A stretch of 64,000 nucleotides of DNA from a virus, in the IMG/VR virus record IMGVR_UViG_3300028909_000018, positions 1 to 64,000 of that record, one strand, 5' to 3'. The position numbers and the translations under genes were made by a program. Shown here one piece after another: positions 37,888-46,215 of this stretch (position 1 is its first letter; each line of letters starts with the position of its first letter). The notes beneath the pieces are model-generated. The model was not told the origin of the DNA. It ran no database searches and saw only the letters and a program-made list of their open reading frames with translations.

Positions 37888-38778
37888 ATGGATACATATT
37901 TTTCAAAATTCCCTCTTACTTCATATAATGGGATGCCTGTGGTGGATATCACCAGACGCGCCGTCATATCCAATACTGACCTCCTGAATCCATTCTTTTA
38001 TTATCCTGTGACTATCAATAATAATGAAAGAACCGATCAGATATCCAGAAAATATTATCAAGACCCCTATCAGGAGTGGGTTTTGTTCTTGACGAACCAA
38101 ATCTATGATCCCTATGACCAGTGGTATATGAATAATGAAGAGTTTCAGGATTATATGTATCAGAAGTACACCAACATTCCTCTGACAACCCAGACCATCA
38201 TGTACTATACAAATAATTGGTTTTTAAACACCGACCGTGTGAGCGTGGCGTATTTTGATGCTCTCGACCCTTCGCTTATGAAATATTATCAGCCGAATCT
38301 TGACGGATTCGGATCGGTAACGAGCTACAGCAGGATTCAGGAAGATTGGACGATCAACACAAATCATTTGGTTTCTTTTAATTTCTCCAACACAATCCCA
38401 CAATTCATCAACAATGAAATCGTCGCCATCAATTATGGTGCCAATCTGGTGGGCTCAGGACAGGTTGCGGTATGCACAAATAATGTTCTGAATATTCAGC
38501 ACGTCTCGGGATATTATCTCCCCAACGGGGTCGTCAATGCCGCTGCCTTCTCGATTCTGGGAAGTCAGTCCAATGCCTTAATAACTATTCCAAACGCCAA
38601 CGCCGTGACCATCTTATCCTTCGACACCATTCCACCAGAAGAGGATGTGTTTTATAGTCCTGTCTACGTCTTCGATTATGAAACGAATATGAATGAAAGC
38701 AATAAGGTTTTGAACATTTTGGTCAGTGGATATGAGACCCAAGTTTCTGACGCCTTGCAGAAGGCTCTTAATTCATGA
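37888..38778 (+). CDS. gp53: Baseplate wedge gp53
   Basis: YFSKFP..Y, ER.DQIS..YY.DP...WV..L.N.I.DP..QW and YE...NE.. motifs. Confidence 0.85.
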   Translation: MDTYFSKFPLTSYNGMPVVDITRRAVISNTDLLNPFFYYPVTINNNERTDQISRKYYQDPYQEWVLFLTNQIYDPYDQWYMNNEEFQDYMYQKYTNIPLTTQTIMYYTNNWFLNTDRVSVAYFDALDPSLMKYYQPNLDGFGSVTSYSRIQEDWTINTNHLVSFNFSNTIPQFINNEIVAINYGANLVGSGQVAVCTNNVLNIQHVSGYYLPNGVVNAAAFSILGSQSNALITIPNANAVTILSFDTIPPEEDVFYSPVYVFDYETNMNESNKVLNILVSGYETQVSDALQKALNS

Positions 38779-39971
38779 TTCCCGGCTATAATCCCGGCGA
38801 CGTATTCATCACCGACCTAACGATGTCGTCACCCCGAGGGTCTTTAAACCTCGGATCGATGTTTGCCACCATGAAAGTTTTTGAAAGTATTTTCGTGCCT
38901 AATGTCATTGCCGAGATTACCGTCTTCGACGTTAACGACGCGCTGGGCAACATGAACATCATCGGAGACGAGACCGTGACGACCACCTTCGGGGCTCCCG
39001 GAGGCACCATGGCGTCATATACATTCGCCCTTGATCAGATCACCAACATACATGGCGAGGGCTCCACAAAGTCAAAAATCTACACCCTGCATGGCGTTGG
39101 CGAAGAGACGATGTATGCCAAGACGAACTTCGTTCAAAAGAATTATCAGACCGATATCGCTTCCATCGTTTCTGATATTCATAGGACATTTTTAATGAGT
39201 GGTAAGTCTCTCTCGACAGAATCAACGAGCGGCACCCAGAATATCATGATCCCGAACTACGATCCCTTTAAGGCTATTGACATGGTGAGACGCCGCGCGG
39301 TGTCGGCATCAAATCCATCATCAACATTTCTTTATTTTGAAAATGCTCTGGGGATGTATTTTAAAACGATGGAAGGAATGCTTCAACAGGGGCCGATAAA
39401 GACCTTCTTACATCAGGATACTGTAGGTAATTCTCTCTATATCGACACCAGCACCAACATCATCGCACTTGATGTTCCACAGATTGCTTCCTCGACCGAA
39501 AGAATCTCGATGGGTGGACTGATGCAGCGGATATCGACCTATAATATCAGAACACGAAGTTATCAATATAAGGATGTCGCGCCACCGACCAGCGGCTTCA
39601 ATTCATCGGCCTTCACGGCGAAGTATGGCAACAAGTATGGATCAACTTCAATGATCCCTGTTGACACCGCAAGCCGTCCCTTCACCGGGATCGATACGAT
39701 GACGCCTAATCAGCTTGGTTATATTTCAAATCTTATGCAGACGCAAGTGAAGATCAAGGTTAATGGTGACGCGCTGGTCAAGGCCGGGGATGTCATCCAA
39801 TTAAAAATTCCCGAAATGATTAATATCACGTCACCACAACCCCTCGACCCACAGATTGCGGGTAACTATCTGGTCACAAGGATGTGTCGGAATATCGGCC
39901 CTTCCCAACAGCATCCAAGATATACAGATTCCATTGAGTGTATTAAGGGTGATCTGAACGGCGCATCTTAG
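38775..39971 (+). CDS. Baseplate hub protein (gp27-like)
   Basis: VFESIF, IIGDE, IPN..PF.AI, FLYFEN..G.YFKT and V.GD..VKAGD.I...G.YLVT motifs. Confidence 0.7.
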   Translation: MIPGYNPGDVFITDLTMSSPRGSLNLGSMFATMKVFESIFVPNVIAEITVFDVNDALGNMNIIGDETVTTTFGAPGGTMASYTFALDQITNIHGEGSTKSKIYTLHGVGEETMYAKTNFVQKNYQTDIASIVSDIHRTFLMSGKSLSTESTSGTQNIMIPNYDPFKAIDMVRRRAVSASNPSSTFLYFENALGMYFKTMEGMLQQGPIKTFLHQDTVGNSLYIDTSTNIIALDVPQIASSTERISMGGLMQRISTYNIRTRSYQYKDVAPPTSGFNSSAFTAKYGNKYGSTSMIPVDTASRPFTGIDTMTPNQLGYISNLMQTQVKIKVNGDALVKAGDVIQLKIPEMINITSPQPLDPQIAGNYLVTRMCRNIGPSQQHPRYTDSIECIKGDLNGAS

Positions 39972-40149
39972 GCTCACTCACAATATGTGTTTGCCGCCAT
40001 ATGCTCACCCTCGATCCTTATGATATAGATCGTGAGCCCTTTGCTGATATCCATAAATTTCTGTCTGGCCTCACGAATATCCGAAGCATAGATGGTTTCA
40101 TATCCTGAAATTCCATACTTCGGATTTTCGTAGTGTATCACAAATTCCT

Positions 40150-40917
40150 TCACTTGAGAAGGAATTTGTTGGCACCGGGAAGGTTGCCAGTGGAGCGTGA
40201 TCCGCCACCCAACTGGTTATCGAGGGAGATGGTGTTGGCTGCGTTATGACCGGCCATGGAAGCCGAATTGAGGGAAGTGGCGCGTTGCTTACGCTTCTTC
40301 ATGAATTCTGTATCAGACAGGAATTCCTCGACCAGCGCCAATTCGGTGGAATACAACGCGGGAAGGTTGGACTTCTCACCAGCCGGGGTAACCGGGGCCT
40401 TCACCGCCTCGATCTTGTCGTAAACGCGACGGGTCAGACGCAGACCACAACCCATTTCGAAGTGATAACGCTGCGTGGCCTCCGACGAGAACTTGCGGGA
40501 AAGACGAACTACAGTCTTTTCGAGATATTCGAACATCGAAATTGCGATGGCCCGATTATGTTCCTTACCTACGAAGACGAACTTGGCGACGCGCTTCAGG
40601 TTGCCGGTCTTGCCATATTCGGTGCTGGTGCTGATATAGCCCTTGCAGAAGAACAGCTTGGCGACGACACCCATGAGGGTCTGACGCCACTTGATATGAC
40701 CATAGGAAGTCTCGTAAATGGTCTTGTCCATGGTGGCCATGTCGGCCTCTTGGGCTTCCTCGGTGACCATCGACATATCGAGGTTATGGGCGGCGAGAAG
40801 CAACTGAGCCTTGTTCATGAAGGCCATCGCCTCTTCCTCGGTGACCGAGGCGTCTTTCGACATGGCGAGAAGCTTCTTGATTTTTTCGATCATGGAGGCG
40901 TTGGAAGAAGCTGACAT
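40150..40917 (-). CDS. DUF2786-domain protein
   Basis: IEKIKKLLAMS...EEEA.....AQ.LL..HNL; sigma70 promoter upstream. Confidence 0.8.
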   Translation of the reverse strand: MSASSNASMIEKIKKLLAMSKDASVTEEEAMAFMNKAQLLLAAHNLDMSMVTEEAQEADMATMDKTIYETSYGHIKWRQTLMGVVAKLFFCKGYISTSTEYGKTGNLKRVAKFVFVGKEHNRAIAISMFEYLEKTVVRLSRKFSSEATQRYHFEMGCGLRLTRRVYDKIEAVKAPVTPAGEKSNLPALYSTELALVEEFLSDTEFMKKRKQRATSLNSASMAGHNAANTISLDNQLGGGSRSTGNLPGANKFLLK

Positions 40918-40989
40918 TTAAAATCTCCTATCATTGATTCGATGACCCTTTATAGGCGATTTTTAAAAACTTGTCAAATGAATTCGAAC

Positions 40990-41062
40990 GAATTTGTCCG
41001 AAGAATGTAACATTTTTAGGACAAATTCATCTTTGTCAGAAAAACGTATACATTCTTCGGAC
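40990..41062. repeat. Two tandem imperfect palindromes (four related half-sites)
   Basis: 40990-41008/41010-41028 and 41032-41048/41049-41062; perfect 14-bp inverted repeat 40996-41009/41049-41062. Confidence 0.75.
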
Positions 41063-41070
41063 TTATTTTT

Positions 41071-42165
41071 TTAATGAATCTCTAAGTCATTGACAACAGT
41101 GAGTTTTCCGTCTCGTAGAAGTGTCAGGCTCACCTTGTCGCCAACATTATGCATCGCGACTTCCTTGATAAGAGCGGCAGGAGTAGAAATGTTGACCGTA
41201 TCAATTTTCAAAATGATATCACCAGCCTTCAGCTTATCGTTATGGTTAAGAATCTGATCATCATCCATGATCCCCTGAAGCCTGATGCCCTTATAGAAGG
41301 TATCACCGGCCACAAGCGACAACATCTCTGTATTTTCGATGATGACAAGGCCGATATGCTTCTGTTGGAATCTTCCCGTCTTGATAATCTCGGTCACCAC
41401 CACCTTGGCATACTTAGAAGGGATGGCGAATCCAAGACCGGCAGAAGTATGTGATGGTGAATATATGGCCTGATTAATCCCGATGACTTCACCATTCATA
41501 TTGAAAAGAGGGCCACCAGAATTGCCGGGATTGATAGGCGTATCAGTCTGAAGTGAATCATCGAAAGGCGAATCCAGACCTTCGGAGTTTTCACGATCAA
41601 CAGCCGAAATGACACCAGCCGTCAGGGTATGATTAATTCCATAGGGACTTCCCACGGCAAAAACTTGTTGACCAACCTTCATCTTCTCACTATCACCAAA
41701 GGCGACGGTAGGAAATTCACGATCAGTTTCGCTCTTGACAATCTTTAGAACGGCGATATCAGTTGCTCTATCCGATCCTACTACTTCCACGTCACGTTCC
41801 GATCCATCCTCAAGGACGATGGTTATGTTTCTATTACCAGAACCCTGAATGACGTGATTGTTGGTGATGATCAGCCCATCGGTGCTGATAATGAAGCCAG
41901 AACCGATTGCACCACCAGTCTTGTGCGGTGAAAAAGGAAGAAGAACATCCTTTTCTTTATGTTTCTTTATAATGATTTCATTGACAATATGATCCAGATC
42001 AGACATCTGTGTCCACAGAATAGGAATATCCAACTGTGGTGCATGGATGGTGACGACAGCGGGAGACACCCGTTGATATACGTCGCTTATTTCTTCTCCA
42101 AAAGCCGCCCCATAGGCGAATAGAAGAGCTACGGCGGTGACGATAAAGACGATAAGATACTTCAC
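41071..42165 (-). CDS. degP: HtrA/DegP-family serine protease with signal peptide and one PDZ domain
   Basis: GSGFII..ITNNHVI, DIAVLK and INPGNSGGPL catalytic triad motifs. Confidence 0.93.
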   Translation of the reverse strand: MKYLIVFIVTAVALLFAYGAAFGEEISDVYQRVSPAVVTIHAPQLDIPILWTQMSDLDHIVNEIIIKKHKEKDVLLPFSPHKTGGAIGSGFIISTDGLIITNNHVIQGSGNRNITIVLEDGSERDVEVVGSDRATDIAVLKIVKSETDREFPTVAFGDSEKMKVGQQVFAVGSPYGINHTLTAGVISAVDRENSEGLDSPFDDSLQTDTPINPGNSGGPLFNMNGEVIGINQAIYSPSHTSAGLGFAIPSKYAKVVVTEIIKTGRFQQKHIGLVIIENTEMLSLVAGDTFYKGIRLQGIMDDDQILNHNDKLKAGDIILKIDTVNISTPAALIKEVAMHNVGDKVSLTLLRDGKLTVVNDLEIH

Positions 42166-42518
42166 TTTGGGGCCACCGTGTTATCATCAGCAATAATTGA
42201 ATCAAAAAGATTACGAAACTTTTCGAGACTCATGGTAGAATTTATTTCCGTTGTGCCGTAAGAGATGACACAAACCTTTTCGGTCTCGGTGGATGCGGAA
42301 AGGACCATCGTCTCCTTGGTTTTAAAGTTGAAGAAGATGCTGAATTTATCCTTGACCAGCTTATCCGCAATGACCAAGACAGGTTCGAAACCTTTCTTCT
42401 CGATGCCTTTAACGAAGTCTGCATTTCTGCTGCAATCAGGAACATCCTGAGTATAGGTTACAGCCATGGCAGAGGTAGAGAGAGCAAAAATAAATCCAAG
42501 TGCGGCTAGAAGTCTCAT
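42162..42518 (-). CDS. Secreted hypothetical protein
   Basis: Signal peptide ...SAMA-V; two Cys; coupled to degP. Confidence 0.7.
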   Translation of the reverse strand: MRLLAALGFIFALSTSAMAVTYTQDVPDCSRNADFVKGIEKKGFEPVLVIADKLVKDKFSIFFNFKTKETMVLSASTETEKVCVISYGTTEINSTMSLEKFRNLFDSIIADDNTVAPK

Positions 42519-42586
42519 TACATTTCCTTATGTGGGAGGGGGTTTTAACACTTCTATTTATGGCAGACTTCTAAGGCTTTGTCAAA

Positions 42587-42661
42587 TGGAGGCGCTACTG
42601 AGGATCAAACTCAGGTCTCAAGATTTGCAGTCAAGCGCATGGGTCACTCTGCTACAGCGCC
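42587..42661 (-). tRNA. tRNA-Cys(GCA)
   Basis: GGCGCTG/TAGCGCC acceptor, loop CTGCAAA, encoded TCCA. Confidence 0.85.
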
Positions 42662-42671
42662 GAAAAAGTCT

Positions 42672-42902
42672 TGGTGGGGTAAACTGGTGTGCTTACCTCT
42701 TTCTTGACATCCAAGTATGCCGACCCCTCTTACCAATGCCATTCATTACGCCTAGTAGAGCAGTAATGAACTGGGGTAGATATCCATGATCCACAAAGCC
42801 TCTACTAAGGTGACGGATCAGAAGGAACATCTAGCTACTATCTTGCATGATGGCTGAGAGGGCTCACCTGTCATTTAATCCTCTTGCACAGAGGAACCAC
42901 CC
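42672..42902 (-). ncRNA. Unknown structured RNA (~231 nt) ending in CCA
   Basis: Nested helices with G-U pairs on the minus strand, 8-nt complementary loops, late box 42906-42912 directly upstream. Confidence 0.7.
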
Positions 42903-42912
42903 AAGTATTTAT

Positions 42913-42961
42913 CCTCTGCCGGGAAGATTCCCCTAGATGCCTTATCAGGGCATGACAGAAG
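42913..42961 (-). ncRNA. D-armless tRNA-Ile-like mini element
   Basis: CTTCTGTC/GGCAGAGG stem, ATGCC-CTGATAA-GGCAT arm, GGGA-ATCT-TCCC arm. Confidence 0.45.
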
Positions 42962-42963
42962 TT

Positions 42964-43037
42964 TGGAGCGGGATAAGAGATTCAAACTCTTTTCATTAGC
43001 TTGGAAGGCTAAGGCACAATCCATATACCAATCCCGC
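42964..43037 (-). tRNA. tRNA-Gly(TCC)
   Basis: GCGGGAT/ATCCCGC acceptor, loop CTTCCAA, TCCA end. Confidence 0.9.
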
Positions 43038-43053
43038 GATTAGTGTATTCTAT

Positions 43054-43372
43054 TTATACTAAATCTATCTCGTCTATCTCGTAAAAGTCTTCAGAAGGTG
43101 TAAGAAGACGGTTTTCATCTATAATTTTTGAATATCTACAATCAAACATATCATAATTTATGCGCTTTCCGTACTTGTCATATACAAATTTATTCTGAAT
43201 TTCCATCATTTCTGACATAAGTTCATTGTGTTTCAGAACATCCTTTGCTTGTTTTTCTTTCAACTCCACAACAAATGCATTGGCGTCGGCCTCATTATGG
43301 AAGGCCTTTTAAATCCACACGTTTAAATTCCTCGTAAATCAACTCTTGTCGGTAAACAACATAAATCTTCAT
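43054..43372 (-). pseudogene. Frameshifted hypothetical gene (or single-base assembly error)
   Basis: MKIYVVY...RVDL continues in the +1 frame as KAFHNEADANAF...FYEIDEIDLV at GATTTAAAAGGCC (~43304-43315). Confidence 0.55.
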
Positions 43373-43376
43373 ATCA

Positions 43377-43481
43377 CTAATCCTTCATTTTCTTACGGTC
43401 ATAGACTTTCTTGGACTTCACCACCCGCATCTTGTACTTAGGAGTTCGAAGGTCTTTGGCAATCATGTTTCGCGTTTTCAT
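43377..43481 (-). CDS. 34-aa basic peptide, ArfA-like
   Basis: MKTRNMIAKDLRTPKYKMRVVKSKKVYDRKKMKD; AAGGA RBS. Confidence 0.6.
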   Translation of the reverse strand: MKTRNMIAKDLRTPKYKMRVVKSKKVYDRKKMKD

Positions 43482-43500
43482 GACAAATATCCTTTAAAAA

Positions 43501-43578
43501 TGGCGGGGAATGACGGAATTGAACCGACATTGCACTGGTTGAAGGCCAGTTTTCCTAGTCCTGTTAGAAGAATTCCCC
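43501..43578 (-). tRNA. tRNA-Glu(TTC) with C33
   Basis: GGGGAAT/ATTCCCC acceptor, Glu-type D arm, loop CCTTCAA, GCCA end. Confidence 0.8.
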
Positions 43579-43626
43579 AATTCTTTATTTATATGCAATA
43601 TACGAATTTGCATACAATGTCAACCC

Positions 43627-43908
43627 TTATAGGAAATAATTTGTATCCTTTACCTTATCCCATGGAGCCGTGTACAACTTGAAAGGACATCCACAGCCTC
43701 GAAATGTCTCCTGCCAGACTCGAATCGTCTCTTCCTCCAACGGACCCAGCACAATCTCGGCCTGATTAGGCGGCGAAATCTTTTCGATGAAGTTAACATG
43801 CACGTTTCGAAACATGAATTTGGCGAAGACTTGTGGATAGTTAACGTCTACATCGAAGACGAATCGGGCAACGTAGTGCATTTTTTTCCTTTTGAAGAAG
43901 TTAAACAT
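43627..43908 (-). CDS. Hypothetical protein
   Basis: 93-aa ORF on the operon strand. Confidence 0.55.
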   Translation of the reverse strand: MFNFFKRKKMHYVARFVFDVDVNYPQVFAKFMFRNVHVNFIEKISPPNQAEIVLGPLEEETIRVWQETFRGCGCPFKLYTAPWDKVKDTNYFL

Positions 43909-43915
43909 TTGTTAT

Positions 43916-44281
43916 TTATAGAATAAAATACGCGGTGACGAACAGGGTAAGAAAATGAATCGTCTGATCCAGACCCACGACGACGAAGAAATTATGCCTG
44001 TCACCTTTCTTATAGAAATATGACGATGCCCTAGACGTGATGAAGTCAACACCAAAATGGATGACGCCATTTATTAAGGCAAATAGGAGAATATCGTTTG
44101 TGTCTATACCAAAACGAAAAATAAAAATACCCAAAAATAATATCAGGGTATACACACCGACATGTGCTGCCAGCGCCTCGTTGTTAACACTTTTATTCTG
44201 TGCCATCCAATCATTTTGGAGAAAGAAGTCTCCATACCAATGTATAAGAAGCAACACGAGAATGAGAGGTAGACTAATCAT
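43916..44281 (-). CDS. DUF3307-like membrane protein
   Basis: H..GDF.LQ..WMA..K, H and H..VD, DQ..H motifs; hydrophobic. Confidence 0.8.
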   Translation of the reverse strand: MISLPLILVLLLIHWYGDFFLQNDWMAQNKSVNNEALAAHVGVYTLILFLGIFIFRFGIDTNDILLFALINGVIHFGVDFITSRASSYFYKKGDRHNFFVVVGLDQTIHFLTLFVTAYFIL

Positions 44282-44299
44282 TTCAAATCCTTTTTAAGT

Positions 44300-44375
44300 T
44301 GGTAGTCCGTGTCAGGTTCGAACTGACAACCTTGGAATTAAAAGTTCCTTGCTCCACCCATTGAGCTAACGGACT
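44300..44375 (-). tRNA. tRNA-Lys(TTT)
   Basis: AGTCCGT/ACGGACT acceptor, loop CTTTTAA, TTCGAA T-loop, ACCA end. Confidence 0.9.
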
Positions 44376-44379
44376 GGAA

Positions 44380-44456
44380 TGGTAGACTTGGAGTGATTCG
44401 GACACTCGACCTTTCGCTTAAGAGGCGTCTGCTCTAACCAACTGAGCTACAAGTCC
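44380..44456 (-). tRNA. tRNA-Lys(CTT), atypical
   Basis: Loop CTCTTAA; only 3 anticodon-stem pairs; T-loop TCCGAAT; ACCA end. Confidence 0.8.
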
Positions 44457-44462
44457 AAAAAG

Positions 44463-44675
44463 TTATTTATCTTTCCTGTTTCTGATGTAATCCTCGACGT
44501 TCAAAAGATTCCTGAGCATTTCTCTACGCGCCATCGCATATTCAGGTCCAAGAACCAGAAGATCATTAGTCAAACGATTAAACAGAACACGAAGTTTTTC
44601 CAGTTCTTCATCAGTGACATGATCACCGTAGTAAAACTTTTTATAAATTCCGGCCAACTCTGTATCAAATCTCAT
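44463..44675 (-). CDS. Hypothetical protein
   Basis: GAGG RBS, 70 aa. Confidence 0.6.
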   Translation of the reverse strand: MRFDTELAGIYKKFYYGDHVTDEELEKLRVLFNRLTNDLLVLGPEYAMARREMLRNLLNVEDYIRNRKDK

Positions 44676-44697
44676 ATTATATCCTCTCTAAAAAGTA

Positions 44698-44994
44698 TGT
44701 GGGAGACTCGCGGTATCACGCGAATAATATACCCCTCTGTGCCTGTCGGTCAGTAGATAAATGCATGTCATCACACACATTCAGGGCTCCTATCTCATCT
44801 CCAAATAAGTTCTGGAGCTATGCCTAGCTTCAACGAGACCGATTTTACTCGTCCCTCCACTCCTAACATTAATTTAAGTCCCGCCCTCCAGATAGCGGTT
44901 CCGAGGTAGTTCCCGATCTCGTCCTAGAACACGTCTACCTGTGTTCAGGACCAGCCAGATAGCGACTCTGGCAATTCCGTAATCTTACTCTCCC
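44698..44994 (-). ncRNA. Unknown large structured RNA (~297 nt) with pseudoknot potential
   Basis: GGGAGA/TCTCCC terminal helix, at least 6 hairpins, loop-to-downstream complementarities, no credible ORF. Confidence 0.65.
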
Positions 44995-44996
44995 TC

Positions 44997-45428
44997 TTAG
45001 AGATTGTCAATGGCCTCTTTTAGAGATTCTAGAGTATCGACACCTTTTTGAGAATAACCAACCTTCCATTCTTTTCCGTCCCAAACGTAGGCATATTCCG
45101 TCCAACAGTCGGGCATAGGCCATATATATTCCAGAGTCTCGGCTTCAAAAGCCTTGACATCTTCCCAAGGTTCATTACCACGATCCCTAAAGTAGGCGAC
45201 ACAATAGCCGTCAACCTTATTCTCCCAGCTATGCCCCTTGGGTTTGGTGCATTTCGGACCAAGAATCGACAAATTCCCCAGCCCGATCAGCTTCTCGGCC
45301 TTCTTGGTGGAATTATAATTCTCGAATAATATCTTACCATTATGTCTCACATAACCATCCCAATGGCAGTAAATACGACGCCAGACGCCATCCTTACACA
45401 AAACAATAATATCACTTCTGGTTCCCAT
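44997..45428 (-). CDS. Conserved phage hypothetical protein
   Basis: MGTRS.I...IYCHWDGY....G..L and EYAY.WDG..W motifs. Confidence 0.75.
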   Translation of the reverse strand: MGTRSDIIVLCKDGVWRRIYCHWDGYVRHNGKILFENYNSTKKAEKLIGLGNLSILGPKCTKPKGHSWENKVDGYCVAYFRDRGNEPWEDVKAFEAETLEYIWPMPDCWTEYAYVWDGKEWKVGYSQKGVDTLESLKEAIDNL

Positions 45429-45472
45429 GATACATACTCCTATGATTTGAACAATATCACTTTAAATCATTT

Positions 45473-45748
45473 TTAAACGTTGTCAACCACTTTTTTCTCT
45501 TTCATCGGAGAAACAGAAGGAACCTTCGCCTTCTCTTGAAACTTTCCGCCCCACACCGCGTCGTAGACACCCAAGTTATAGGCCGACGCCAGAATTTGCA
45601 TCACTTCTCTATAAGAAACAAATTCGTCTGGCGTATTAAACACCGACTGACATTGTTTATGCATCCATGCCAGCGTCGCCGGATCAGTGATACGCAGTTC
45701 TACCGGAAGCGGAAAGAAAGGTATGTAATCAAGAAAATGTTGTGACAT
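45473..45748 (-). CDS. Hypothetical protein
   Basis: MSQHFLDY... with GAGG RBS. Confidence 0.5.
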   Translation of the reverse strand: MSQHFLDYIPFFPLPVELRITDPATLAWMHKQCQSVFNTPDEFVSYREVMQILASAYNLGVYDAVWGGKFQEKAKVPSVSPMKEKKVVDNV

Positions 45749-46215
45749 GGCACCCTCACTTGAACCCCATAAAAAAATCATTGATGGAAAGCGTATCAAT
45801 CCCACCAAAATATTGGATGATTCCTGCGAAAATTATCATAATAGTAATGATAAGCATGAGGGCGAGGCAATGTTCAACGAATCGCCGGATTATCTGTTCT
45901 CGACGCCACACCTTGGCGAAATCTTCCATGTGGCTCATTTCAATATTCCTCCAGAATTTCGCCAGTATCTTTGTTCTTGATGAAAGCATACTGATAAGAA
46001 TGTTGACGATACTCCCTCACCGTCTCAATAGCCTCCGAAAGGGTGAAACAATCCTCCAGATGCTCGGGCTCGGCACCATATCCGTAGACATCATTCCAGC
46101 CGCCCCAAATTTCATAATGTGGATAATTCATGATAAAAAACCTCCGCGTTGATATGATCAATATAAATGGTTTTGATTCTATGTCAAGCGATAAATATCA
46201 AAAAAGAAGGATTTT

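Noticed and set aside
40246-40914. Long antisense ORFs (also 47898..48506 and 54478..55008)
   Set aside because: Shadows of codon-biased genes on the opposite strand.
42466-42789. Plus-strand 107-aa ORF (and 43500..43682)
   Set aside because: Antisense to tRNA/ncRNA genes, with no RBS or recognisable motif.
42913-42961. Hammerhead ribozyme (CTGATAAG)
   Set aside because: CTGA lies in a hairpin loop rather than the junction, and the GAAA core is absent.
44698-44994. tmRNA or RNase P RNA
   Set aside because: No G3-U70 pair, TTC loop or tag peptide; no GAGGAAAGUCC-type RNase P motif.
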